DNA from: an uncultured bacterium
GTDB taxonomy: Bacteria; Patescibacteriota; Saccharimonadia; UBA4664
Direction of reading: 5' to 3'
NCBI GenBank assembly: GCA_963740635.1
Contig: CAVUEQ010000001.1
Location: 593,026 to 657,025 of the forward strand
Length of the DNA stretch: 64,000 nt
Part shown: positions 7,679-16,044 of the stretch, piece after piece
Numbering within the stretch: position 1 is the first letter of the stretch
Layout of the letters: every line of letters starts with the position of its first letter
Notes under the pieces: generated by a model
What the model saw: the letters and a program-made list of their open reading frames with translations, nothing else
Told to the model about the DNA's origin: nothing
Database searches by the model: none
Translations under genes and position numbers: made by a program

Positions 7679-8857
7679 TCAGCTCCCGAGCTCGGGATTG
7701 GCGGCCTTGGTGGCGGCGATGCACCGGACCAGGAAGGCCGAGTCATCGGCGCCGTTCGCGGTGCCCGTGACGTTCTCCAGGGGGAGCAGGATCACGTTGT
7801 TCGCCCCGTTGGTGAGGACAATGTGGGACATCCGCGCGACGTCGGCCGGTGTGACGAGCCGGTGGGCCGCGTGGAACGATGCGGCGGTTGCCGGGTCCGT
7901 GAGCCACCAGGAGAACTCCTGGATGATGCTCGTGGCCTCGTCACCATTGATCGCCTTCTCGGTCTGGGCGGCGGTCACCAGCCCGGACTCTCTGGTGTAG
8001 AAGTCCGGATAGAACCCCGTGCTGTTGATGTCGCCGCCGTACGGCTTCGACAGCCTGACGTTGTCCGAGACATTCGGCGAGAACAGGTCGTGGCCCGTTA
8101 TGGCCTTGATGCCCGTCCACGACTTCACTTCGGCGGCGCGCCGGCTGACCTCGGCCGGCAAGTGCTGCGTGGGCCCGTATTGCAGGACCACGAAGTACGA
8201 GATGAGGCCCGGCCGCTTGGCCACCAGCGTCTGGAGGTAGCTCTTGGCGCCGGCGTCGCCCAGTTTGTTGATCACGGGATCGACACCGATGAGCGGCGAC
8301 ATAGCGTTGCACCAGATGGCGCCGACGAGGTCGGACGCCGCCGACACCGGCACGTAGGCACCAAGGTAGGCGATCCCGTTGGCCCCAGCCTTCTGGAAGT
8401 CCGGGAGCGGGCCGAACGCGGCCTGGTCCGTGGCCGGTGGTCGGATGGCCTGGATCAGCGCGTGGCGCGGAAGCACGACCTTGGCCTGCCCGGGGCAGTC
8501 TGGGTTGAGGCCGGTGGCGGCGCCGGCCTTCGGCGGGCGGGGCGGGGCGGGCGTCGACGGCGAGCTGGTGCTGGGCGATGACGCGGCCGAAGAACTCGAC
8601 GACGCCGGTGAGGTGCTGCTCGCCGAGGTACCCACCAAACTGAGGGGCTGGGTGTTGGAGGTGGACTTGGCGGGGTCGTTGCCCCACGGCTTCGTTATGA
8701 GCGCCCAGCTCCCGAGCACGCCGATCACGATCGCGAGCACGATGAGGCCGGTGCCCACGGACGGTCCGCGGCGCTTGGGCTGATTCCAGTGCCGGTCGGG
8801 GGGCTGCTGGCCAGAGGGCTGGCTGCTGGGGCTGGTAGGATCACTCATGATCCGCAC
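7679..8857 (-). CDS. N-terminally membrane-anchored extracytoplasmic protein with a Ser/Pro-rich linker, function unknown
   Basis: 392 aa. TM helix GLIVLAIVIGVLGSWALI, then the linker SSTSPASSSSSAASSPSTSSPSTPAPPRPP, then a globular domain of about 270 aa. Confidence 0.75.
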   Translation of the reverse strand: MRIMSDPTSPSSQPSGQQPPDRHWNQPKRRGPSVGTGLIVLAIVIGVLGSWALITKPWGNDPAKSTSNTQPLSLVGTSASSTSPASSSSSAASSPSTSSPSTPAPPRPPKAGAATGLNPDCPGQAKVVLPRHALIQAIRPPATDQAAFGPLPDFQKAGANGIAYLGAYVPVSAASDLVGAIWCNAMSPLIGVDPVINKLGDAGAKSYLQTLVAKRPGLISYFVVLQYGPTQHLPAEVSRRAAEVKSWTGIKAITGHDLFSPNVSDNVRLSKPYGGDINSTGFYPDFYTRESGLVTAAQTEKAINGDEATSIIQEFSWWLTDPATAASFHAAHRLVTPADVARMSHIVLTNGANNVILLPLENVTGTANGADDSAFLVRCIAATKAANPELGS

Positions 8858-8919
8858 TCCGTTTCCGGGTTGTCAGACGTGCGGCCAACCTGGCCGCGAC
8901 GTTGCGTTCGAACCTGGTG

Positions 8920-8948
8920 ACACTACCATATATTTCCAGATATGTCAA
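8920..8948 (-). promoter_or_regulatory. Sigma70-like promoter for the 7679..8857 gene
   Basis: Minus strand: TTGACA (8948..8943), 17 nt, TAGTGT (8925..8920). Confidence 0.35.
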
Positions 8949-8985
8949 CCGAAAAGCTCAAGCGGAATGAGCTCGAAAAATAATT

Positions 8986-9036
8986 GCGTTTAGGGAGAGG
9001 CGCGCAGGTTCGCACGCCTCTCCCGTGTCTAAACGC
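8986..9036 (-). terminator. Nested double-stem hairpin downstream of the 9065..10195 gene (copy 2); probable terminator
   Basis: Outer stem GCGTTTA/TAAACGC (8986..8992 / 9030..9036). Inner 10-bp stem GGGAGAGGCG/CGCCTCTCCC (8993..9002 / 9015..9024). 5-nt bulge GTGTC. On the minus strand it is followed by AATTATTTTCG. Confidence 0.55.
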
Positions 9037-9064
9037 GATGCTGGAGAGAAGCCCCGGGATGAAC

Positions 9065-10195
9065 CTAATGGTTCGAGTGCATCCCATCCCAGACAGCCTG
9101 GGCGGCGGCGATGAGATAGTAATCATCGTGGGCCCAGGGATTCTCCGTGTACACGAGAATGTTGGTGATCGGGTGATCATCCTGAGTGAGCATCCGCGTG
9201 TAGTCGGTGATTTGGTCGGCTGTGGGCGCCGGGCTGTGTGGATAGCCCTTTGCTTGCACCGCTCCCCAGGAGGCTTTCTTCTCCTTCTGCCAGATGAGAT
9301 CGCCCACCTGAGGGTAGGCGTCGACCGGTCCGTAGCCAGCCGGCGCACCTTCGGGCAGGTAGATCGGCAGATGCGCATCAGCCTGATAGCTGAAGAGCTG
9401 CGCTTTGTCGGTTGCCGGATCCCCGGTGCCGGGAAAGTCCGACATGACGTGGATCTGCTTGCCGTGCAAAGACGTGAGCTGACCGTACCACCGGTTGATG
9501 GCGATGCGGCCCGTGGTGTACTGGCCGTCGGCCGGGTTCTTGGGGGCCAGGTTGGCCGACAAGAACGGGCCGTCGACGGTGTCGGAGTGGGGTCCACCGG
9601 CGAGGGTTGCCCAGTAATTCATCACGTCACCATCAGCCAGCACCTTGTATTCGGAGCTGAGCTGCATGCTGACCTGGAAGCCGTCGCAGGTGGCCTCGTC
9701 GATGTAGGCCGCCATGTGCGTGGCATTCTGGTCACCGGCGTCCACGTACGGGCCGGCGTAGACCACCTCAGTGTACTTGGAGCCGCGCAATTTGCGTAGC
9801 TGCATGTACGAGGCGGCCTTGTCCGCCGGGGCGTACAGGGTGACCGCAATGGTGTGCGGTCGGAGGGCCGGCGGGTACGGGATCTCGGCCGGCCCCGGCG
9901 TCACGCAGTCGATCGACGGCATTTCAGACGCCGGGGCGCGGGGCGAGATGTTGGCCGCTGCCGGGGCGGACGTGGTGGCGGGGACCCTGATCTTGCTGTA
10001 GTCCGGCGCGCCGGTGCCCACGTGGATATTGCCGTTTTGAATGTTCACCACCAAGGCCCAGACGAGACCGGCCAGAGTAGCCACGAATATTATCGGGCTG
10101 AAGAAGCGCCAGATCTTGTGTAGTGCGTGTAGCATGAGAGGCTCCTCTCGGGTCGGATTGTCAAAGCATCGGTTTAGACTGGCAAATATTACCAT
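9065..10195 (-). CDS. N-terminally membrane-anchored extracytoplasmic protein, function unknown
   Basis: 376 aa. TM helix FFSPIIFVATLAGLVWALVV. No recognisable catalytic motif. Confidence 0.75.
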   Translation of the reverse strand: MVIFASLNRCFDNPTREEPLMLHALHKIWRFFSPIIFVATLAGLVWALVVNIQNGNIHVGTGAPDYSKIRVPATTSAPAAANISPRAPASEMPSIDCVTPGPAEIPYPPALRPHTIAVTLYAPADKAASYMQLRKLRGSKYTEVVYAGPYVDAGDQNATHMAAYIDEATCDGFQVSMQLSSEYKVLADGDVMNYWATLAGGPHSDTVDGPFLSANLAPKNPADGQYTTGRIAINRWYGQLTSLHGKQIHVMSDFPGTGDPATDKAQLFSYQADAHLPIYLPEGAPAGYGPVDAYPQVGDLIWQKEKKASWGAVQAKGYPHSPAPTADQITDYTRMLTQDDHPITNILVYTENPWAHDDYYLIAAAQAVWDGMHSNH

Positions 10196-10559
10196 GAATT
10201 GCTCTAAATGTCAATTATGCGAAAGTGTGAGCCTCATCATCCCCGTATTGGTTACGGTGTTAGTCAAAATGCACATCGATTCCTGCCGGCTGGTGCCCGC
10301 TCGGAGGGAGCGGCATAGTTTCAACTGATGGCGTGATAGGCAAACCCCCGTGGCTGAGCGAGAACACGCGCCACCGGACTGTCGTGCGGGTTCATTCCTA
10401 AGCATGCAGCTACTATTATCGTGTCAGATTTGGGGTCAAATTACGACTATATTTTCCACTTCTACCAGTCCCTCCGAGCGAGGCGGAAGGGGCTACATTT
10501 ATGGCGTAATATGGCCGGCTCGGGCGCAGCGGGGTATTGAGACTCAGCTTGCACAATGA

Positions 10560-11216
10560 CTACTGGCAGTGGCGCTTTTCGTTAGTGATGCGAAAACTCA
10601 CAGGATCGGCCAGCTTATCCGCCCGCACAATGAGGTAGTGGTTGGTGAGCGCCTTCTCCACCCGGCAGGTGATGGTGGGCGTTGATTGCGTAACGCTAAT
10701 GGTGCTCCCAAAGGGTCCGGTATTAATGCTGGTGATTTTGAGGCTGTAACCCGTGGTAGCCTCGGGGCCGAGGGCGACGCCGGCGACGGTGGAGGCCGTA
10801 AAGTCGACCGGTATGAGCGGGGGCAACTGGGGCAGGCCGGCGTGAATTTGCCGCCAGTACTCCTCCCACCGGGCCTGCGTGTTGATAACGTCTTGGCGGG
10901 CGTCGGGCAGACGGGATTTGGTGTCGCCGTCCACGAGGATCTCGAAGTGCGTATTGGTGACGGGCGCACTGGTGGGCGGAGTGGGGGCGGGTGTGCCGGT
11001 GAAACTGCGGGGGCCGTCGCGGCAGATCGGCGGGTTGGTATCCAGGACCGGGTAGCCGGCATCGACGCAAGCGGCATACGAATCGATCGGCGAGGTGTAG
11101 CCGGCACTAAATACCACGGCGGCCGCACCCGCCAACACCGCGGCCACCGGGAGCTGCCACCAGCGGCGCTGCAGTAACGCCGCCATCAGGCGTTCGACGG
11201 GTAGGCGCCCAACCAT
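10560..11216 (-). CDS. PrcB-C-domain-like secreted/anchored protein
   Basis: 218 aa. TM/signal segment WWQLPVAAVLAGAAAVVFSAG. C-terminal pattern (VAGVALGPEATTGYSLKITSI...YLIVRADK) resembles the PrcB_C family. The start overlaps the upstream stop by 1 nt. Confidence 0.55.
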   Translation of the reverse strand: MVGRLPVERLMAALLQRRWWQLPVAAVLAGAAAVVFSAGYTSPIDSYAACVDAGYPVLDTNPPICRDGPRSFTGTPAPTPPTSAPVTNTHFEILVDGDTKSRLPDARQDVINTQARWEEYWRQIHAGLPQLPPLIPVDFTASTVAGVALGPEATTGYSLKITSINTGPFGSTISVTQSTPTITCRVEKALTNHYLIVRADKLADPVSFRITNEKRHCQ

Positions 11217-11806
11217 CAGAGCTCGGTTGCGAGATCGGGGAGTTTAGAGGATTTGGCTTTGAGCAGGGCGAGCAATTGGTCGACCAGCTGCACGGGATCG
11301 TGCGCGAAGATGATGCCCGTGCGGGCGCGCTTGGCGGCCTTGAGCACATGCTCGACCTCGTCGGTCATGCCGCCCGAGCCCAGCAGCACGCCGATCGGCT
11401 TGCGCTCTTCGATGGCAATCGTGAGTTCGTTGAGCGTGCCGATGCGGCCGCCCACCATCACCACCGCGTCGGCCGAGCGAATGAGCAGCAGGTTGCGGCC
11501 GGTATACTCGAAGCCGGTGAACAGCACGGTGTCGAAGGCGTCGAGCGGCAGCTGGTATTTCTTGACGTGGGCCAGACGGCTGGAGGCCGGCGAAAATCCG
11601 ATGGAGGTGACATGCTCGCCGCCCTCGGCTTTGGCGCCCTTGGCCGCGTAGTACGGCAGCCCGCGGGTGGCGCCGGTGACCACCAGGTGGCCGCGGCGCA
11701 CTATTTCGCGCGCCACCTCGCCGGCCAGTTGTTTGGCGGGCTCCACGCTGTCGCCGCGGGCCGCGCCGGAGACGCAAATCTGGTAGCGGAGTTCGTTTTT
11801 ACTCAT
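11216..11806 (-). CDS. TIGR00725 / SLOG-LOG (lysine-decarboxylase-like) family protein
   Basis: 196 aa. Rossmann-like ICVSGAARG...VVTGATRG... and the LOG-type motif VMVGGRIGTLNE. Confidence 0.8.
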   Translation of the reverse strand: MSKNELRYQICVSGAARGDSVEPAKQLAGEVAREIVRRGHLVVTGATRGLPYYAAKGAKAEGGEHVTSIGFSPASSRLAHVKKYQLPLDAFDTVLFTGFEYTGRNLLLIRSADAVVMVGGRIGTLNELTIAIEERKPIGVLLGSGGMTDEVEHVLKAAKRARTGIIFAHDPVQLVDQLLALLKAKSSKLPDLATEL

Positions 11807-13043
11807 GGCGCGTTAGTACCTCCGGTTTGATGACGGCGTTGTCGAGCTTGTCGAGCAGCTGCTCCTCGAGCGTTTTTTCGCCCATGTAGCGGGCAAATAC
11901 CTCGTTCCACAACGCCTCGCGGAAGTGGTACAGGTAGCGGTCGGGGTAGGCAATGCCGTTGGAATAGCCAAAGCTGAGGTCAAACAAGTTAAAAGTGACG
12001 ACATCGTGCGCGGGCCCTTTGAGCACCGCGACGTAATCGAGGTCCTTCCAGAAACCGAGCTCGGGGTCAATCTCGTACAGCACGTCCTCGGCCCGGCGCC
12101 AATGCAGGTCTTCGGGTTGCACGTGCGGCTCGAAGATTTCCGGATGTTTTTCGCCCGTGAGTTTGCCGAAGTAGCGCTGGATGACGCGCCAGTGGATATG
12201 GGCGGAATCGGTGATTTTGACGTGCGCGGGGTCGGCGATGAGGGTGTCAGAGACGATAGCCCCAAAGTTTTTCTTGGTCTGCATAAGTTTGAAGAACGAG
12301 CTGTAAAGCCGGACCTCGTTGAAATAGTGACACAGCAGCGGCAGGACCTTGAGCGTAATGCCGGCCATGTGGGTTTCGGTCATGGGCATGACGGCGATGG
12401 CGCCCATTTCCTTGCTGTGCGTGATGTTGTGGCGCTTCTTGGCGATGAAGTGCTCGGCGATGTCGCCCCACTTGCCGGCCGCGAACGGCACCACCTTGAT
12501 GCGGCGTTGCTCGAAATCTTCGGGTTTGAGGTCGAGGTAGAGCTTGTCGAAATCGTTGAGAAACTCCGGCGGCTCGGCGAAGCGCAGGGCCAAGAACAGT
12601 TCGTAGATATTTTCGGTCTCGAGCATGCGGCTCACCAGGTGGTGGCCGAGCCGCTCCATGATGGCCATGGGCGGCATGCGCCGCAGCATATCGGCCGCCT
12701 TGGATTCCTTGAGGAACCAGCCGTCCTTGGGCAGCGGGGCGGATTCGGCGGCGCGTACTATCAAGGGGATCATTTCGCGCAGGTCACTCGGATCGGTGCC
12801 GCCGATGGCGCGGGCGGCGTGGTCGTCCTGCTCTTTGACTTTGCGTATCAGCGCGTCGTACAGCTCAGGGCCGGTGGCACCAGGGCCCAGGCCGAGCCGC
12901 GCGGTGCGGTCGGCGGCGGATTCGGCAATTTCGGCCGCCAGTTTTACGTCCACGCCGCGTTCGTGCGATTGCAGCTCGAGCTGGTGCAGCGCGTGGTCAA
13001 AGAGGGGCTCCTTGGCCTGCAAAAAGCGCCCGATTGTACTCAC
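11799..13043 (-). CDS. Conserved-looking cytoplasmic protein of unknown function
   Basis: 414 aa with no TM helix and no motif I recognise. Translationally coupled by an 8-nt overlap with the downstream SLOG gene. Codon third positions are GC-rich, like the neighbours. Confidence 0.8.
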   Translation of the reverse strand: MSTIGRFLQAKEPLFDHALHQLELQSHERGVDVKLAAEIAESAADRTARLGLGPGATGPELYDALIRKVKEQDDHAARAIGGTDPSDLREMIPLIVRAAESAPLPKDGWFLKESKAADMLRRMPPMAIMERLGHHLVSRMLETENIYELFLALRFAEPPEFLNDFDKLYLDLKPEDFEQRRIKVVPFAAGKWGDIAEHFIAKKRHNITHSKEMGAIAVMPMTETHMAGITLKVLPLLCHYFNEVRLYSSFFKLMQTKKNFGAIVSDTLIADPAHVKITDSAHIHWRVIQRYFGKLTGEKHPEIFEPHVQPEDLHWRRAEDVLYEIDPELGFWKDLDYVAVLKGPAHDVVTFNLFDLSFGYSNGIAYPDRYLYHFREALWNEVFARYMGEKTLEEQLLDKLDNAVIKPEVLTRHE

Positions 13044-13060
13044 GAAACCCTCCTATTCAC

Positions 13061-14041
13061 TTACTTACCCTCCAAATTACTAACTTTAACTTTCATCCGT
13101 TTTACCCGCTGCGTTTTGAGGATGCCGGTCTTGGCGCCGATCTGGGCGACCACGCTGGTGGCGTTGGCGCTGGCCAGCGTGAGGGCGTCTTCCACCGGCA
13201 AGCCCTTGGCAATGGCGGTCACAAAGCCCGAGCCGAAAGCGTCGCCGGCGCCGAGGCGGTCGACCACCTTGACTTTTTGGTACATGCCGGCCTGGTAGAG
13301 TTTGCCGGCGACCACCGCGTAGCTGCCGCCCGGGCCGTTGGTGCCCACCACGTACGGGCATACGCCCTCGGCGGCGCGGATGGTGTCGCGCAGGGTCTCG
13401 CCGCCAAACAAGGTGCGCAGCTCCTCGGCGTTGGCCTTGAGCACAGTGATGAGCGGCAGGAGGGCGCGCAGCTTTTTGGCCTGGGCGAGCTCGGCGTTGC
13501 CGGGGTCGATGGCCACCTGGATGCCGTGGTTGTTGGCGTGCTTGAGGAGCTTGGTGAGCAGGTCGAAATTGCCGGCCAGGGAGGTGATGTAAAACCAGTC
13601 GGCGGTGAGGTTGCGGATGGGAATATCCTTGGCGGTGAGGGCGTGGGAGGCGCCGCGGTGAGTGAGGATGGTGCGCTCGCCATTTGGGGCCAGCAGGATC
13701 ACTGAGTAGCCGGTGGAAAGCTTGGGATCGTGGACCACGCGCTCGACGGCCACGCCTTCGCGCCGCAGCACGCGCAACACCTCGGCACCGGCCGGGTCGT
13801 GGCCGATTTTGCCGGCATAGCCGGCCTCCAGCCCCTGGCGCGTGAAGGTGACGGCCGCGTTAGTGGCGCCGCCGCCGGTGTCGAAGTAAATGTTTTCAAC
13901 ATCAATCTTGGCGCCGAGCGGGAATTGCTCCACATAGTCGCGGGTGCGGACGTCGCGCCGGGCATGCAGGGCCTTACCAGTCAGGAATACGTCCTGCGTG
14001 GCGGCTCCGAATGTCAAAATTTTGATATTCACCTCATGCAT
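13061..14041 (-). CDS. PfkB-family carbohydrate/nucleoside kinase (ribokinase-like)
   Basis: ORF track 13061..14176, trimmed to ATG 14041 (MHEVNIKILTFGAATQDVF). Motifs DTGGGATNAAV and the C-terminal GAGDAFGSGF. Confidence 0.85.
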   Translation of the reverse strand: MHEVNIKILTFGAATQDVFLTGKALHARRDVRTRDYVEQFPLGAKIDVENIYFDTGGGATNAAVTFTRQGLEAGYAGKIGHDPAGAEVLRVLRREGVAVERVVHDPKLSTGYSVILLAPNGERTILTHRGASHALTAKDIPIRNLTADWFYITSLAGNFDLLTKLLKHANNHGIQVAIDPGNAELAQAKKLRALLPLITVLKANAEELRTLFGGETLRDTIRAAEGVCPYVVGTNGPGGSYAVVAGKLYQAGMYQKVKVVDRLGAGDAFGSGFVTAIAKGLPVEDALTLASANATSVVAQIGAKTGILKTQRVKRMKVKVSNLEGK

Positions 14042-14287
14042 CTTATCTAGAATAGCAGTTGTGGTTTGCGAATAATAGTGCGGTTTCTGCTTGTAACTGG
14101 CAGGCTTATCGTCGCGCACCCATATATTTAGAAAAGCGGGTGCCACCAACGCGATGTATCCCTGTTTTAATACCATATATGATATCCCCCTGATACCATA
14201 TATGAGCTAAAAAACGCGATGCTCACCGGGACATGTACTCCTACACAAAAGTGGCGTCAACGGGACTGGCATTATTTATAAGAAAAC

Positions 14288-14319
14288 TTGACTTATTAAC
14301 ACGCTTATGCTAGTATAAT
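14288..14319 (+). promoter_or_regulatory. Strong sigma70-like promoter
   Basis: TTGACT (14288..14293), then 17 nt to TAGTAT, which overlaps TATAAT (14311..14319). Confidence 0.5.
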
Positions 14320-14394
14320 GAACTGTGTGCCTGCCTCGTGGGCGCACACCGCGGCCGACCGGCCGCAGCTACCAACTCGCAGTGAGGATTCACG

Positions 14395-14526
14395 ATGTTC
14401 GCTCGCATGACCGTCAACACCCTGGCCTTCCTGCCGCGCAATCTGCGCGGCGACCTGATCGTCCTGGCGTACGCCATGGTGATCGCACCGCTGGCCACCC
14501 TGGCGCTGTACCGACTGTTCGTCTGA
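14395..14526 (+). CDS. Stand-alone 43-aa hydrophobic micro-protein
   Basis: Manual translation: MFARMTVNTLAFLPRNLRGDLIVLAYAMVIAPLATLALYRLFV. RBS GAGGA lies 7 nt upstream. Codon third positions are almost all G/C. It has its own promoter and terminator and runs opposite to both neighbours. Confidence 0.4.
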   Translation: MFARMTVNTLAFLPRNLRGDLIVLAYAMVIAPLATLALYRLFV

Positions 14527-14595
14527 ACACCTGCGAGAAGTCCTCGGTCCCGTCGCCACGCGCGACCGGACCGAGGCTCTCCAGCCATTATCCGG

Positions 14596-14623
14596 CCGCC
14601 CGCCTCACCCGCGGGCGGTTTTT
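14596..14623 (+). terminator. Intrinsic terminator
   Basis: CCGCCCGC (14596..14603), 7-nt loop, GCGGGCGG (14611..14618), TTTTT (14619..14623). A second 9-bp hairpin, CCTCGGTCC/GGACCGAGG, sits at 14542..14576. Confidence 0.7.
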
Positions 14624-15560
14624 AGTTGAAGGCTTCTTCGTCTACCGGCTTGTCGGAGGCGGCGCTGCCTGGGCCGGTGGCTTTGCCGGCCGAGCCGAAG
14701 CTGTCGATTTTGGATTCCACGACGGTCTGGACCGCGCTGATCACGTCGGGCATCAGTTTCACAACCGCGAATTCTTTGGGGTTGTCGGCCAGGACTTTCT
14801 CGAGCGACACGCGGAAGGCCTTGCGCAGGTCGGAGTTGATGTTGACCTTGCTGATGCCGCGCGCTACCGCCCCACGAAATTGTTCGTCGGGCGTGCCGGA
14901 GCCGCCGTGGAGGCTGTAGTGTGCCCCGGGTGTGGCGGCAATGATTTGCTCGAGCAACTTCAGGTCGAGCTGCTTGGGCACCGGGTAACTGCCGTGCAGA
15001 TTGCCGATGGCTACTGCATAGGTGTCGATGCCGGTCTCGGTGATAAACTCGTGCGCCTCGGCTGGTTTGGTGAAGGTTTTCTTGATGGCCTCGTAGTCGA
15101 TAGCCTCGGCGTGGACATTGGAGCTACCGCCAAAGTAGTGCGGCTCGGATTCAACGAGTGCGCCGGCGGTTTTGGCGTACTCCACGACCTGCCTGGTGGC
15201 GGCGATAATTTCTTCCACTGAGGCGTCCTTTTTGGCTTGGGACAGGTCAATGTGAATAAATTCGAATCCGGCGTCAATGCCGGCTTTGGCAGCCTCTACG
15301 CTGGGCGAATGGTCGAGGTTAATGTAAATCTCGATGCCGTACTCGGCGGAATAATTGTCGACCAGGCAGCGGACGTTGGCCAGGCCCATGGCGTCAACTT
15401 CGCCCTGGGAAACCTCGACTAGCACCGGTGCATTCTTGGCTGCGGCGGCGCGACAGACGGCGATGAGTGTTTCCTGGTTGTCGATGTTAAAGGCCCCGAG
15501 GGCGAATTTTTCCTGGCGGGTGCGGGTATAGAGAGCGCGGGCAGCGGCTATATTGGTCAT
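14622..15560 (-). CDS. fba: Class II fructose-1,6-bisphosphate aldolase
   Basis: 312 aa. RBS AGGAGGG. Motifs ALGAFNIDN, NLDHSPS and LHGGSG. Confidence 0.92.
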   Translation of the reverse strand: MTNIAAARALYTRTRQEKFALGAFNIDNQETLIAVCRAAAAKNAPVLVEVSQGEVDAMGLANVRCLVDNYSAEYGIEIYINLDHSPSVEAAKAGIDAGFEFIHIDLSQAKKDASVEEIIAATRQVVEYAKTAGALVESEPHYFGGSSNVHAEAIDYEAIKKTFTKPAEAHEFITETGIDTYAVAIGNLHGSYPVPKQLDLKLLEQIIAATPGAHYSLHGGSGTPDEQFRGAVARGISKVNINSDLRKAFRVSLEKVLADNPKEFAVVKLMPDVISAVQTVVESKIDSFGSAGKATGPGSAASDKPVDEEAFN

Positions 15561-15599
15561 GTTAATCCCTCCTAAAGCTATATTGTGACGCGCCCGGGC

Positions 15600-16013
15600 C
15601 TACCTGGCAAACTTGCGGCCGATGGCCAGGGCTAGAGCATAGATTGCGCCGTAGCACAGGTAGAGCGCGAAAGTCGCGACGGCCACGTCGGTGCGGTTGT
15701 GAATGTGGCCGGCCGCCAGCTGCGAGATGGCTTGGGCGGCGCCGATTCCGAGCACAATGGCAATGACGGTGGCGATGAGGGCGGCGCGGCCGAGGCGGCG
15801 GGTCACCAGCAGCGCCAGGGCTAGCATGCCGAGGCCGTAAACTCCGGCGGTCACGGTCATGCCGGCGGCAATTGCCAGCGAGCGGGGCTGCAGATGTGGA
15901 AGTAGCACAGGCGCTTTGCCGCTGATCCAAAAGGCCGCCATGCCGGCCGTGAAGGTTAGAAGGTAAAGCAGGTCTGTGGGCACGAACACCCTATTTTCGC
16001 TTGACGTCGCCAT
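15600..16013 (-). CDS. Integral membrane protein (4 predicted TM helices), unknown function
   Basis: 137 aa, strongly hydrophobic. RBS GAGGA precedes ATG 16013. Confidence 0.65.
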   Translation of the reverse strand: MATSSENRVFVPTDLLYLLTFTAGMAAFWISGKAPVLLPHLQPRSLAIAAGMTVTAGVYGLGMLALALLVTRRLGRAALIATVIAIVLGIGAAQAISQLAAGHIHNRTDVAVATFALYLCYGAIYALALAIGRKFAR

Positions 16014-16044
16014 GCGTAGTCCTCGTTAACTGAATGTGACTACT

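Noticed and set aside
10196-10559. 364-bp intergenic region considered as a possible SRP RNA, tmRNA or RNase P locus.
   Set aside because: The conserved cores are absent: GGAAGCAGCC for SRP, GAGGAAAGTCCGGGC for RNase P, and the tRNA-like 3' end for tmRNA. Only short local hairpins are present.
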